DNA of 57,535 bases from Chiloscyllium plagiosum (Eukaryota). Under the pieces are notes generated by a model. It did no database searches. It was not told where the DNA came from and was given only the letters and a program-made list of their open reading frames with translations. The translations under genes and the position numbers were made by a program. This document shows positions 1 to 12,651 of the stretch, in pieces (the stretch's first letter is position 1; the number at the start of each line of letters is the position of its first letter). The stretch covers positions 676,138 to 733,672 of the forward strand of contig NC_057746.1 of NCBI RefSeq assembly GCF_004010195.1, given 5' to 3'.

Positions 1-414
1 TGAGGGGCATGGATAGGATAAATAGGCAAAGTCTTTTCCCTGGGTTGGGGAGTCCAGAACTAGAGGGCATAGGTTTAGGGTGAGAGAGTTTTCCCTGGGT
101 AGGGGAGTCCAGAACTAGAGGGCATAGGTTTAGGGTGAGAGAGGAAAGATATAAAAGAGACCTAAGGGGTGGTACCACAGAGGGTGGTACCACAGAGGGT
201 GGTACATGTATGGAATGAGCTGCCAGAAGAAGTGGTGGAGGCTGGTGCAATTGCAACATTTAAGAGGCATTTGGATGGGTATATGAATAGGAAGGGTTTA
301 GAGGGATATGGGCCGGGTGCTGGCAGGTGGGACTAGATTGAGTTGGGATATCTGGTCGGCATGGACAGGTTGGACCGAAGGGTCTGTTTCCGTGCTGTAC
401 ATCTCTATGACTCT
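1..414 (+). mobile_element. CR1-clade LINE (HER1-type) 3' end
   Basis: Encodes the RT C-terminal MRGMDR...GVGESRTRGH...WNELPEEVVEAGTI tail and ends CATCTCTATGACTCTA; same sequence recurs at 17358, 28240, 50690 and 56330; small internal tandem duplications. Confidence 0.85.
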
Positions 415-420
415 AAGAAG

Positions 421-844
421 GTGGAACATGTAGATGGGAAGGAAGATGGACAGGTAGGACAGGTCAAGGGGACGGTGCCAAACCCTAACTACCCTGGAGG
501 AAGAATGCCTCATCTTCCACCTTGGGACCCTCCAACCACACGGGATCAATGTGGATTTTACCAGTTCCCTCATCTCCTCTCCCCCCACCTTATCCCAGAT
601 CCAACCTTCCAATTCAGCACCACCCCCTTGACCTGTTCTACCTGTCCATCTTCCTTCCCACCTATCCACTCCACCCACCTCTCCAACCTCCTTCCCACCA
701 TCCACTCCACCCACCTCTCCAACCTATCACTTTCACCCCCACCTTCATGTACCTATCACATTTCCAGCTACCTTGCCCCCAGCTCCAGCCCCCTCCCATT
801 TATCTCTCAGCCCCCTTGGGCCACAAACCTCATTCCTGATGAAG
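421..844 (+). mobile_element. Penelope-like element fragment (3' pyrimidine-rich region up to the start of the hammerhead motif)
   Basis: Homologous to the reverse complement of the GIY-YIG element at 19950-20250; ends ATTCCTGATGAAGG. Confidence 0.7.
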
Positions 845-1087
845 GAGAAAGTGAGGTCTGCAGATCAGAGTCGAAAATGTAGTGCTGGAAAAGCAGAGCA
901 GGTCAGGCAGCATCCGAGGAGCAGGAGAATCGACGTTTCGAGCAAAAGCTTATGAAGGATTCCTGATGAAGGGCTTATGCCCGAAACGTTGATTCTCCTG
1001 CTCCTCGGATGCTACCTGACCTGCTGTGCTTTTCCAGCACCACACTCTCGATTCTGAGCTCCAGGATCTGCACTCCTCACTTCCTCC
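845..1087. mobile_element. Palindromic (head-to-head) Penelope terminal-repeat element
   Basis: Left arm 845-950 is the reverse complement of right arm 960-1087. Confidence 0.8.
963..990 (+). ncRNA. Minimal hammerhead ribozyme motif (PLE-associated)
   Basis: CTGATGA-A-GGGC-TTAT-GCCC-GAAA-CGTT: core boxes plus stem II, GUU cleavage triplet. Confidence 0.6.
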
Positions 1088-2084
1088 CAAATGTAACCTT
1101 ACCAACATCTTGTAGTTGTGCAACAAGGTGACCTGACTTCTGTAGTCAATGCTCTGACCAATAAAAGCAAGCATTCCGAAAGCTTCTTCATAACCCTGTC
1201 TTATCTGTGACTGGCAATATGGCTTTCTATTTGCTCACTGTGTCTGACCCATTTCCCATAATGCTGTTCCCACTCCTTCCTAGATGACCATAGAAATCAC
1301 TGTCATCTCTGCTTCTACCTAACAATCTCCACGTTCACCTGTACAAGAGGGAGGTGGAAGACTGGAAATGCCACAGTGGCGGGGAAAATTATGAGTTAGA
1401 AAAGCTAATTTAGTTTAGTTTGAGATAGGTGTTTTTGCTGCCACATCTATGCATGGAGGATGACATTGAACACTTGCAAAAATCCTGGGGGCGGGGATTT
1501 GACAGTGGTTCAGATCAATGGCAATGATATATTCCAATAAAGAGGACTCTGCATTTAGGAAGATCTCAAAAATAGTAACTTCTGGACTACTCGCTGTATC
1601 TGACAGTAAGGAAATAGGATGATAGAAAGGACCAAGGCATAACTGGAGGGAGAGTACAGGAGGGAGTGTTTCAGATTCCTGGACTGATTCCATATACAGA
1701 ACAGTGAGGAATTAATGACCAGAGACTCTGTTTAAGTGCTTTTGACTGAGGGATAGATGTTAGCCAGGACAGAGGAGAACTCGCCCTCTGTTCTTCAAAT
1801 GCCCACTCGAGCGGACAAACGACACCTCGCATCTTATTTGCAAGGTAACATTCTCCTACGCATGATTCCCTTAAAACAGTAAGATGGCAACCCACAGTCT
1901 CGGACTGAGAACCAAGACTGTAACAGAGCCAGAGCGGAGACAAACACCGCACATAAGATACAGCATGTTTTTCAAATTCTGCCTGAACGCTTTCACGTTA
2001 TCACGCTCTCTGTTATCTTAATGTTGCAATATATGTTTTGTTGTAATAAGTTTATAAATATTAATTAAAATGCCCACTCCCTGG

Positions 2085-2185
2085 CCATTCTGATTGGCTA
2101 GTAATTGCGATTGGCGTGTTACGTGTGGATAAACTGGATGAAGATAGCACAGCAATCGGTTGGACGCTAGTGATGCCAATCACCA
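2085..2185. promoter_or_regulatory. CCAAT-box cluster, candidate promoter
   Basis: CTGATTGGCT 2090-2099, ATTGG 2110-2114, CCAAT 2176-2180 in a locally CpG-rich non-repeat stretch; GTAAGT donor at 2594. Confidence 0.45.
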
Positions 2186-3139
2186 GCAATAGACCCAGGG
2201 TCCCTCTTAATTGTCTCCTCCAGTATGCGGCCTGTTCGCTATGTGTCAAAGTTCGCATACAAAGTCAAAGTACAGGCTGAGTGAAAGAATGGGGTTTGTA
2301 AAAACCTTAGACAGTCAAATGTTCAGATCAGCCTGATTCTGCAGTGGGGCTACCAGGAAGGGAGTAGAGGAGGATTGCTGAGAGAGGCCTGTGCTGAGTT
2401 GTTTTTTCTGCTGCTCTGTGTGTGGCCATCCCCATCCGGATGGACTTGCTGAAGACGAGGTGAGGTGTGATTGTCTGGGGGAGGTGCAGGCTGACTGAGA
2501 ATTCTTGCTGGTTGGGAAACCATCGAGAGTGAGAGGGCGGTCCTCTCTGAGGAGAGCTGCTGCAGGGGAATGTTGTCCAGCTCCTTTGAAAATGTAAGTG
2601 CGTTTTAAAAATCGGGGCCAGTCTTTGACATGGATGTGATTTGGATTTTTTTTATTAGTAAACACTCGCTTCACTCTGGGTAAACTGACAATCACTTGGT
2701 GAATTGAAACAAAACCAAACATGAAAGCTTGTAGTTTAACTACCAGTTTTGGAAGGAACTGATGCTTCGACTTTTCATTTCAGATTTGAAGGAGCTGACT
2801 TTTTAATTAAATTTGTTCAAGTCGAGATTTTACCGAGATATTCAATTCCATTCCCACCCTGTATTTAGTTCCATGAACTGTAATTTTCCTCCCGTTATGC
2901 TGCCTGTCCCAGCTCTCACTACAAAGGGGTGAATGTTTCCTCATTGTGAGGGTTTTTTTAATTGTTTAAAATGTTGCCATAAGTTAAGTTTTGCAGCTGT
3001 CCTGTTGACAGTTTGTTCTTTTTAATGTCAGTGGTGGTAGCCTATGAAGAGAGTTTGAGGGTCCTTAGAGAGTTTGTCATGCCAAAAATCCTGACCAGAT
3101 TTCCTGAACTGAACTGGTTGCATTTGGCTGATCTCTCTC

Positions 3140-4110
3140 TAAACCTTTCGGTGTACCTGTCCAAAAGTCTTTTAAATGTAATTGTACCAGCCTCTACCAC
3201 TTCCTCTGGAAGCTTGTTCTGGGTGGCACAGAGGCACAGTGATTAGCACTGCTGCCTAATAGCGTCAGGGACCTGGGTTCATATTCCCACCTCGGACAAC
3301 TGCCTGTGTGGAGTTTGCACATTCTCCCCGTGTCTGCGTGGGTTTCCTCCGCGTGCTCTAGTTTCCTCCCACAGTCCAAAGATGTGCAGGTTAGGTGAAT
3401 TGGCCATGCTAAATTGCCCGTAGTGTTAGGTGAAAGAGTAAATGTAGGGGAATGGGTCTGGGTAGGTTGCTGTTCGGAGGGTCAGTATGGACTTGTTGGG
3501 CCGAAGGTTCTGTTTCCACACTGTAAGTTATCTATCATACATACACCACCCTCTGTGTGTAAAAGTTGCCCCTTGGCTCCCTTTTAAATATTTCCCCTCT
3601 CACCTTGAACCTCTACCCTTAGTTTTGGATTCCCTTACCCTGGTAAAAAGACTTTGCCTATTTACTGTATCTATACCCCTCATAATTTTATAAATTATCT
3701 ATCAGATCACCCCCAGCCTCCTACACTTCCAGGGAAAACAGCCCAGCCTATCCAGCCTTTCCTTATAACTCAAACCCTCTAGTCTCAGTAACATACAGTT
3801 TAATTACAGCTTTCCCATAGCAGGGCAACCAGAATTGTACACTATTACACCAATAGTGGCCTAAACAATGTCTTGGTAACATGACGTCCTAATTCCTGTA
3901 ATGAATGCTCTGACCAGTGAGGGCAAGCGATACAAATGCTGCCTTCACCACCTTGTCTGCCTGCAATGCCATCTCTGAGGGACTCTGCACCTCCACCCCT
4001 AGGTCCCTCTGATCAACAACACTCTCCAGGGCCTTATTGTGAAAGTCTTACCCTGGTTTGCCTTACCAAAATGCAACATCTCACATTTATCTGCATTAAA
4101 CTCCGTCTGC
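3140..4110 (-). mobile_element. CR1 LINE fragment interrupted by an HE1 SINE
   Basis: Minus-strand RT motifs (WQTEFNADKCEMLHFGKAN); sequence resumes across the SINE at 3221-3534. Confidence 0.75.
3221..3534 (+). mobile_element. HE1-type V-SINE
   Basis: tRNA-like A/B box head, V-domain GGAGTTTGCACATTCTCCCCGTGTCTGCGTGGGTTTCC, LINE-like tail GGGCCGAAGG..TGTTTCCACACTG. Confidence 0.85.
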
Positions 4111-4906
4111 CATTCAAACAAACAATGTATTTGTTTCACATCATCATCATAAAACAAAGCCTCAAGGATCATTATAAAAGCAAAATTAGGCACTCACCTT
4201 TAGGAGACATATTGGGTTCAATGTCCAAAGTCTTAAGTTTTCGGAAGGGTGTTAAAGGGCAAAGAGGAAAAAAAGAGAGGTGAAGGAAGGGTATTCTGGA
4301 GCTTATCAAATTGCATGTCATCAAAGTGGTAAACTCCCAGCCATCACTGGTGGCTCCATTGTCAGCCAGAGAAGGGCTTAACTGAACTCTTTCCAAATGT
4401 TAACGTTCGTAAATGTTAACAGTCTCTTTCACCTGAATGAAGGTTCCTTGGATAGTGCTGACAAAAGGTTCTGGAAATGTCTACAGATCTGTAACAACCA
4501 CATTTGACAAAGGATGAATCAGCAACAAAGACTGATTTGAGACAGGTACTATGGTTGGGATCCCACGAGGGTGGATTCATAAGCTTGGTGCAGAACTTGC
4601 TCCAGCCAGCATTAGTTTACACTTGAAGGATTACCGCCAGTATTGAAATGTTTGAGCATAAGTTAGCTGAGAGAGATAAGGGATGAAGAGCAGAAACAAC
4701 CTTTTACTGATCTAAACTTCAAGCTACAATCATTCATATTGCCATACTGAATGATTTGACAGAGGGTGTATTGATTCAGTACAGTGTGCAGTGCAAGTAT
4801 TGCATCTGTACCTATCCTAGTACAGTATATTCTGATTATAATTTGTGAAGTATAACTCTGTTAACTTGGCGTGGTAGAGGTCTGCTGGTTTGCTATTTTA
4901 GAGCAC

Positions 4907-5275
4907 GGCACGGTGGCTCAGTAGATAGCACTGCTGCCTCAGTGCCAGGGACCCAGGTTCAATTCCCAACTCCGGCAACTGTGTTTTAAAAATTTCTCAA
5001 GGTCAGGTTCGTAGGAGAGTAGTCTGACACAGAACAAACGACCAAGAGGCGAGTCTGCTAGAATATGAGCATTTTATTCCCCGCAGCGCCGCCACAACCA
5101 GGTCTCATACTTACAACAGGTCTGGCTTATACTCACTCTACATGTTACCGGAACTGGGAGCCGTCAGTTCTCGTAGAGCAGTTGCCAACAACCCACGCTC
5201 GGCGGTTAAACGGTCAATGTGGGCTTGTTGGGCCGAAGGGTTTGTTTCCACACTAGGGAATCTAATCTAATCTAA
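4907..5275 (+). mobile_element. HE1 SINE head and tail with core replaced by an LTR-like segment (4982-5210)
   Basis: SINE head 4907-4981, tail 5211-5275 ending (TCTAA)n; the middle is unrelated to other SINE copies. Confidence 0.65.
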
Positions 5276-5327
5276 ACGGCTAGCATATTGAGCACCAAAA
5301 AAGATGAAGTATGCATCACACTAATAG

Positions 5328-5449
5328 GAGAAAGTGAGGACTGCAGATGCTGGAGCTCAGTCAAGAATGGAGTGCTGGAAAAGCGCAGCCGGTCAGGCAG
5401 CATCCGAGGAACAGGAGAATCGATGTTTCGGGCATAAGCCCTTCATCAG
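5328..5449 (-). mobile_element. Penelope terminal repeat with decayed hammerhead motif
   Basis: Minus strand CTGATGAAGGGCTTATGCCCGAAACATCG. Confidence 0.75.
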
Positions 5450-6782
5450 TACTATAATAGTAAGGGTTGACTTGATAAAAACATGACAAAGAACCTCTTT
5501 GAAAGGAAATAGTTTCATTGGTTTTGTCCTATCATTTCACGACGCGTAGGTAGAGACAGAATTAGTTGTATATGCGGAAATGTATAATTTGAAGGAAGTA
5601 ATGGGAAGGGTTGGAGCTAATGTCTAAGGTGACCAAACCTGGCTGCGTTGTGTCCAGATTCCAGGAGGTGGCATTTACTTTAAGGTGACAGCTAGTTTTA
5701 TAGTTACCCCTGGTTCAGCACTCTTAAAAACATACTGCTGAATTGTATTTTCCCCACTATAAATTATGTAATAAGAGTGAGCTGATCACAGCACCATGGT
5801 CCAGAGCACTAATTCAAGTGGAGAGAAGATAATTGGAAGTAAATGAAAATAGCACAGTCAGGGATATAAATACAATCCCCTGCAGCAGAGCTGGAGAGTG
5901 CTGAAGGCTGTGTTTTGTACTTGATGCCAAAGGTCAGGACATCTCTTCTGGATTGGAGAGGAACTTGGTGTGGGAAGGAGAAGATCCTGTTGTCATAGTA
6001 ACAACAACAGAGGTGGGACTACCAAAGAAGTTCTGCTGAATGATTATGTGCAGTTTGATGCTAAATTAGAACGTAGAAACACAAGAACAACAATTTCAGC
6101 ATTACTTTGTGAGCCACGTTAAATTTGGCATAAATTAATAAAGGTTGAAGATTGGTATGGGAGAAGTGAGTTCAAATTACTGGGTAAAATTCTATTGGAA
6201 TGGGTTTAATTTGAACTACGATGGGAACAACTAGGGTTAATTAGTGGAAGGAATGGTTCAATTGAAGGGAAGTTTTATAAGTGAAAAAGAAACAAGAGAG
6301 CAGATATGCAGGAGGGTGAAGGCAAATGGTAAAGTGTCACAGGAAGTGGCAGAAAATAAATGCAGAAGGGTTCAGCAGAAATTAGAACCAGAATAGTCAA
6401 TAATAGTAAATATCAGAATGCACTCAACACTTACAAAATGGTGCAAATAAAACAAAATGAATATGACTTTATAGTTATTAGGGAATACTGACTGGGAAGT
6501 CAGTATTCAAGGGTAATCAATATTTTGGAAGAATTGGCAAAAAGAGAAAAGAAATGGGGTAGCTTTGTTGAGAAAGGAAGGTATCAGTGCGGTGGTGAGC
6601 ACAGGTACAATAGACCAATGAGGAATCTGTTTGTGTATAAATAAAGACTAGTGAGGGAAACACATTGCAGGTGGGAGTCATCTATAGACCTACAAAGAGT
6701 TGCCTTGCTGGTGGTGTGTAAAAAATTGTCTTGGATGACTTTAATCTGCATATCAACCAGACAAATCAGGTGGTTGATTCTA

Positions 6783-7088
6783 TTAGATTCCCTGCAGTGT
6801 GGAAACAGGCCATTTAGCCCAACAAGTCCACACCGACCCTCCGATGAGTAACCCACCAAGACCCATTCCCCTAGATTTACCACTGTCTAATGCACCTAAC
6901 GCTATGGGCAATTTAGCACGGCCAATTCACCTGATCTGCACATCTTTGGATTGTGGGAGGAAACCAGAGCAAACTCACGTAGACACTGGGAGAATGTGCA
7001 AACTCCACACAGTCGCCTGAGGCTGGAATTGAACCTGGGTCCCTGGTGCTGTGAGGCAGCAGTGCTAACCACTGAGCCACTGTACCAC
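6783..7088 (-). mobile_element. HE1-type V-SINE
   Basis: Reverse complement of the 32893 copy. Confidence 0.85.
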
Positions 7089-7308
7089 CTTTAAGGGTAA
7101 TGTGAAAGGGTAAGTTTGTACAGTGCATTCATGATTATTTCTCAGAACAGTACATTGCAGATCCTACCTAGGAACAGGCAAATTTAGATCTAGTAATGTG
7201 TCGTGAAGTAGGATTAATAAGAGATTTCATAATTAAAGATCTTCTAAGGGATGGTGATTATGGAATTTCAAATGCTGTTTGAGAGAGAGCAAACCAGTGT
7301 TGTTAATG

Positions 7309-7627
7309 ATTAGATTAGATTCCCTACAGTGTGGAAACAGGCCCTTCGGCCCAACAACTCCACACCGACCCTCCGAAGAGTAACCTACCCAGACCCATTT
7401 CCCTCTGACTAATGCACCTAGCACTATGGGCAATTTATTATGGCCAATTCACCTGACCTGCACATCTTTGGACAGTGGGAGGAAACTAGAGCACCCGGAG
7501 GAAACCCACGCAGACACTGGGAGAATGTGCAAACTCCACACAGACGGTCACCCAAGGCTGAGAATCGAACCTTGGACCCTGGCGCTGTGAAGCAGCAGTG
7601 CTAACCACTGAGCCACCGTGCCGCCCC
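7309..7627 (-). mobile_element. HE1-type V-SINE
   Basis: Full length, (TTAGA)n tail at the left end. Confidence 0.85.
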
Positions 7628-8631
7628 TTTGTATTTTAATGTAAATACATTAAAACTGAGTGAGAAGGTGAGCTGTGAGGTGGATACAGAAATGCTTCAG
7701 TGTTACTTAGACAGGCTGAGTGCATGAGCAAATGCGTGGCAAATGCAGTATAATGTGGATAAATGTGAAGTTATCCATTTCAGGGACAAATATCCGGAGG
7801 TGATTATTATAAACTGAGTGGAAAATGTGTACCGAGACTTGGGTGTCCTTGAAGTCATTGAATGTAAGCATGAAGGTATGGCATGTGGTCAAGAAGGCAA
7901 ATGGTTTTGAATACAGGAGCAGGGATGTCTTGCTGCAATTATATAGGGCCTTGGTGAGACCATACCTGGTTTATTGTGTGCAGTTTTAGTCTACTTTACC
8001 TGAGGAAGGATGTTTTTGCTTTCAAGGGAGTACAGTGCAGGTTTAACTGGCTGATTTCTGGGATGGTAGGACTGATGTATGTGGAGAGGTTCAATTAGGA
8101 TTATATCAGTTGAAGCTTAAAAGAATGAGGTGTGATCTGATGGAAACCTATAAAATTCTAACAGGACTAGACATGGTAGATGAAAGAAGGATGTTCCCGG
8201 TGGTGGGGGAGTCCAGAACCAGGGGTCATAATCTAAGGATAGGGGTAAACCATTCAGGACTGAGATGAGGAGAAATGTCTCAACTCAGTGGTGAGTTTGT
8301 GGCTTTCACTCCCACAGAAAGCAGTCAAGCCAAAACATGGTATGATTTCAAGATGGAGTTGCATCTAGCACTTAGGGTTGAAGAAATCAAAAGATGAGGG
8401 AAAGCAGGAATTGTCTATTGATTTGGATGAGCAGCTGTTATCGTAACATGTGGCATAGCAAGCTCAAAGGGCTGAATGGCCTACTCCAGCTCCTATTTTC
8501 TGTTTTTATATAAAAAGCAGAGTTCTTGAAGGACAATCAGTAGACACAGTGCATTTTGATTTTCAGAAGGCTTTCGATAAGGTGCTACATTAAAAAGTTA
8601 CTGCTTAAGATAAATATTGAGAGGAATATAT

Positions 8632-10335
8632 TAGAACATAGAACATTAGAGAGCAGTACAGGCCCTTCGGCCCTCGATGTTGCGCCACCCTGTCATACTA
8701 ATCTGAAGCCCATCCCACCTACACTATTCCATGTACGTCCATATGCCTGTCCAATAACGACTTAAATGCACTTAAACTTGGCGAATCTACTACCGATGCA
8801 GGCAAAGCATTCCATCCCCTTACTACTCTCTGAGTAAAGAAACTACCTCTGACATCTGTCTTATAGCTATCTTTAAAGTTGTGTCCCCTCGTGTTTGCTG
8901 TTCCCATACTTGGAAAAAGTCTCTACCTGTCCACCCTATCTAACCCTCTGATTATCTTGTATGTCTCTATTAAGTCACCTCTCAACCTTCTTCTCTCTAA
9001 CGAGAACAGCCTCAAGGCCCTCAGCCTTTCCTCGTAAGACATTCCCTCCATACCAGGCAACATCCTAGTAAATCTCCTTTGCACCCTTTCCAAAGTTTCC
9101 ACATCCTTCTTAGTTCCGGAACTCAATCCCTCTATTAATAAAGGCTGTATGCCTTCTTAACAACCCAGTCAATCTGGATGGCAACTTTCAAGGATCTGCA
9201 TATGTGGACACCAAGATCTCTCTGCTCACCTGCACTCCCAAGAATCTTACCATTAGCCCAGTACTTTGCATTCCGATTACTCCGTCCAAAGTGTATCACG
9301 TCACACTTGTCCACATTAAACTCCATTTGCCACCTCTCAGCCNNNNNNNNNNNNNNNNNNNNNNNNNNNNNNNNNNNNNNNNNNNNNNNNNNNNNNNNNN
9401 NNNNNNNNNNNNNNNNNNNNNNNNNNNNNNNNNNNNNNNNNNNNNNNNNNNNNNNNNNNNNNNNNNNNNNNNNNNNNNNNNNNNNNNNNNNNNNNNNNNN
9501 NNNNNNNNNNNNNNNNNNNNNNNNNNNNNNNNNNNNNNNNNNNNNNNNNNNNNNNNNNNNNNNNNNNNNNNNNNNNNNNNNNNNNNNNNNNNNNNNNNNN
9601 NNNNNNNNNNNNNNNNNNNNNNNNNNNNNNNNNNNNNNNNNNNNNNNNNNNNNNNNNNNNNNNNNNNNNNNNNNNNNNNNNNNNNNNNNNNNNNNNNNNN
9701 NNNNNNNNNNNNNNNNNNNNNNNNNNNNNNNNNNNNNNNNNNNNNNNNNNNNNNNNNNNNNNNNNNNNNNNNNNNNNNNNNNNNNNNNNNNNNNNNNNNN
9801 NNNNNNNNNNNNNNNNNNNNNNNNNNNNNNNNNNNNNNNNNNNNNNNNNNNNNNNNNNNNNNNNNNNNNNNNNNNNNNNNNNNNNNNNNNNNNNNNNNNN
9901 NNNNNNNNNNNNNNNNNNNNNNNNNNNNNNNNNNNNNNNNNNTTGTCTATTTTCACACTCTGCAGTATTTCTAATACCTCTTCCTTGTGAACCTCAATCT
10001 CTTCTAGTCTAGTTGAAAGTATCTCTGTATCTTCCTCGCCAACATTTTCATTTTCTATAGTGAACACTGTCGAAAAATATTTATTTAGTGCTTCCCCATC
10101 TCCTCTGACTCCACACAGAGCTTCCCACTATTATCCTTGACCGGCCCTAATTTAACTCTCGTCATTCTTTTATTCCTGACATACCTATAGAAAGCCTTAT
10201 GGTTAACCTTGATCCTATCCGCCAACAACTTCTCGTGTCCCCTTCTGGCTCTTCTGAGCTCTCTTTTTAGGTCTTTCCTGACTTCCTTGTAATCCTCAAG
10301 CGCCCTAACTGAGTTTTCACACTTTGTCCTAACAT
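8632..10335 (-). mobile_element. Younger CR1-clade LINE ORF2 spanning an assembly gap
   Basis: Minus-strand peptides KKDVETLERVQRRFTRMLPG, ERWQMEFNVDKCDVIHFG, IKVNHKAFYRYV; (TAGAACA)n tail at 8632. Confidence 0.85.
9343..9942. other. Assembly gap (600 N)
   Basis: N run. Confidence 1.
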
Positions 10336-10479
10336 ATTGGCACGAACTGAAGATTATCTCCTGTGTGCAAACCAAAGCCAGAATTGATGGGTCATTTACA
10401 GATGAGAAAGATATTAGTGACGTGTCCACAAGCATCATCCTCAGGCCTCAATGATTTACTATCCATTTAGAATATTTTG

Positions 10480-11790
10480 TATCAGTATATCCTGTGGAGA
10501 AGGACAAGGAAGCTTGGGAGCTTGGGAAATAAATAATGATGCCTCAAAAAGAGTTTGTATTACAAAAGAGGCGGTGCTGAAGGTCTTAAAATGCATTAGG
10601 AAGATAAATCCCCAGGACCTGATCAGGTGTTCCCCAGAATTTTGGGGAAAGCTCAGGAAATGATTGCTGGGCCCCTTGCTTAGATATTTGTATGATCAAT
10701 AGCCCTGGGTGAGGTGCCAGGAGACTGAAGATTAGTCAATGTGGTGCCATTATTTAAGAAAGGCTGTTTGGAAAAGCTAGGGAATTAAAGACTGGCGAAC
10801 CTTGCATCAGTGGTGGGTAAGTTATTGGAGAGGATTCTGAGGGGCAGGATTTACGTGCATTTGGAAAGGCAAGGACTGATTAGGGACAGTCAGCACGTCT
10901 TTGTTTGTGAGAAATCGTGGGGGAGGAAGTGCAACACAGAGTGACGTGGGTGTTCTTGTACATGTAACATAAATGTAGCGTGCAGATACAACAATAATTG
11001 AGAAGGAAAGTAGAATTTTGGCCCTTATTGCTCAGGGTTTGGAGTTTAGAAATAGAGAAGTCTTCGTACAACTGTACAGGGTGTTAGTGAGGCCACACTG
11101 TATATAGGTTTGCTCCCCATATTTGCTAAAGGATGTACTGGCATTGGAGTCTGTTCAGAAAAGATTCCAGATACAACAATAATTGAGAAGGAAAGTGGAA
11201 TTTTGGCCCTTATTGCTCAGGGTTTGGAGTTTAGAAATAGAGAAGTCTTTGTACAACTGTACAGGGTGTTAGTGAGGCCACACTGTATATAGGTTTGCTC
11301 CCCATATTTGCTAAAGGATGTACTGGCATCGGAGTCTGTTCAGAAAAGATTCACTCGGCTCATTCCAGGGATTAAGGGGGTTGACCTACTAAGAACGCTT
11401 AAACAGGCTTGGCTTTTATTCATTAGAATTTACAAAAATGAGAGGTAAACGTTTGAAAATATACAAGATACTTGACAGAGTTGAAGTTGGGAAAATGTTT
11501 CCACTATTGAGAAATCTCAAATTAGAGGGCACAGTTATAGAGTAAAGGGCAGGGGGGGGAACCCATTTAAAACTGAAATGCAGCTGGAATTTCTTCTCCC
11601 AGATTGTAGCAATTGTCTAGAAATCTCTCCCTCAGAGTGCAGTGAAGGATATATTACTGCAATTACTAAAAGAGGTGGGTAGATTTTAAGATATTGTGGA
11701 ATTGAGGGTAGTAATGAGCTGACACAAAAGAGGAGTTGAGGTAGGTCAGCCATGATCTTATTGGATGGTGAAGCAGAGGTTAGTGACTTT
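10480..11790 (+). mobile_element. CR1 LINE RT fragments with a 185-bp tandem duplication
   Basis: RT remnants (NVVPLFKKG, LYRVLVRPH); 10983-11167 duplicated at 11168-11352. Confidence 0.7.
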
Positions 11791-12282
11791 CTCCACCCCT
11801 CTCCCCTTGCAAATATCCTCCTTACTCATCACACTCTTATTCGCTAACTCCCTTCCTCTCGCTATCCACTTGGTGAGTCTTCAGCAGCGATAGCTTATGA
11901 CATAGAGGTGATGAACGAGAGGTTTGGGGGAAGGTAAATGACAAGAGAGTGGGAGAGAGCAAGGGGTGAATAAAATGGCAGTTTGTTTGTTTTTTAGAAA
12001 CTGAATAAGAGAGTAACAGAGCAAAGTCAAAAAAAAGGGTGTGGTGTTTGGGGAACTTCCCTAAATTATAAATGACTCTAAAATGAGAATGCGCTTTGAA
12101 CAGCGAATAATAGGTATTATGTTAACTTAGCCTAGACGATTCCTGGGGAAGTGTGAGTGTGTGAAATGTTCAGCTTTTTGACGAGTTTTGGATTGCTATT
12201 GCTTTTCATTGATCACAAAATACGAGGAGTTAATAAAATAAGCAATCACATTAACTCAGTACAGTATGACAGTGTATTAGTC

Positions 12283-12651
12283 AGTCATAGAGGTGTACAG
12301 CACGGAAACAGACCCTTCGGTCCAACCCATCCATGCCGACCAGATATCCCAACCCAATCTAGTCCCAACTGCCAGCACCCGGCCGATATCCCTCCAAACC
12401 CTTCCTATTCATATACCCATCCAAATGCCTCTTAAATGTTGCAATTGTACCAGCCTCCACCACATTCTCTGGCAGCTCATTCCATACACGTACCACCCTC
12501 TGTGTGAAAAAGTTTGCCCCTTAGGTCTCTTTTATATCTTTCCCCTCTCACCCTAAACCTATGCCCTTCTAGTTTTGGACTTCCCCACTGTCTATTTATC
12601 CTATCCATGCCCCTCATAATTTTGTAAACCTCTACAAGGTCACCTCTCAGC
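12283..12651 (-). mobile_element. CR1 LINE 3' end
   Basis: Reverse complement of 1-414. Confidence 0.85.

Larger units (their letters stand above)
5890..8500 (+). mobile_element. Old, degenerate CR1 LINE (ORF1 esterase, APE endonuclease and RT remnants) with two SINE insertions
   Basis: Remnants of ORF1 (..VRTSLLDW/DISSGLERNL..EGEDPVV..) and RT (WQMQYNVDKCEVIHFR); 3' tail GGGCTGAATGGCCTACTCC at ~8470. Confidence 0.7.

Noticed and set aside
298-955. Overlapping 105-179 aa ORFs
   Set aside because: Chimeric read-through of a CR1 tail and Penelope pyrimidine-rich sequence
9135-10067. Long ORFs of 256-310 aa
   Set aside because: They run through the 600-N gap; the real parts are LINE ORF2
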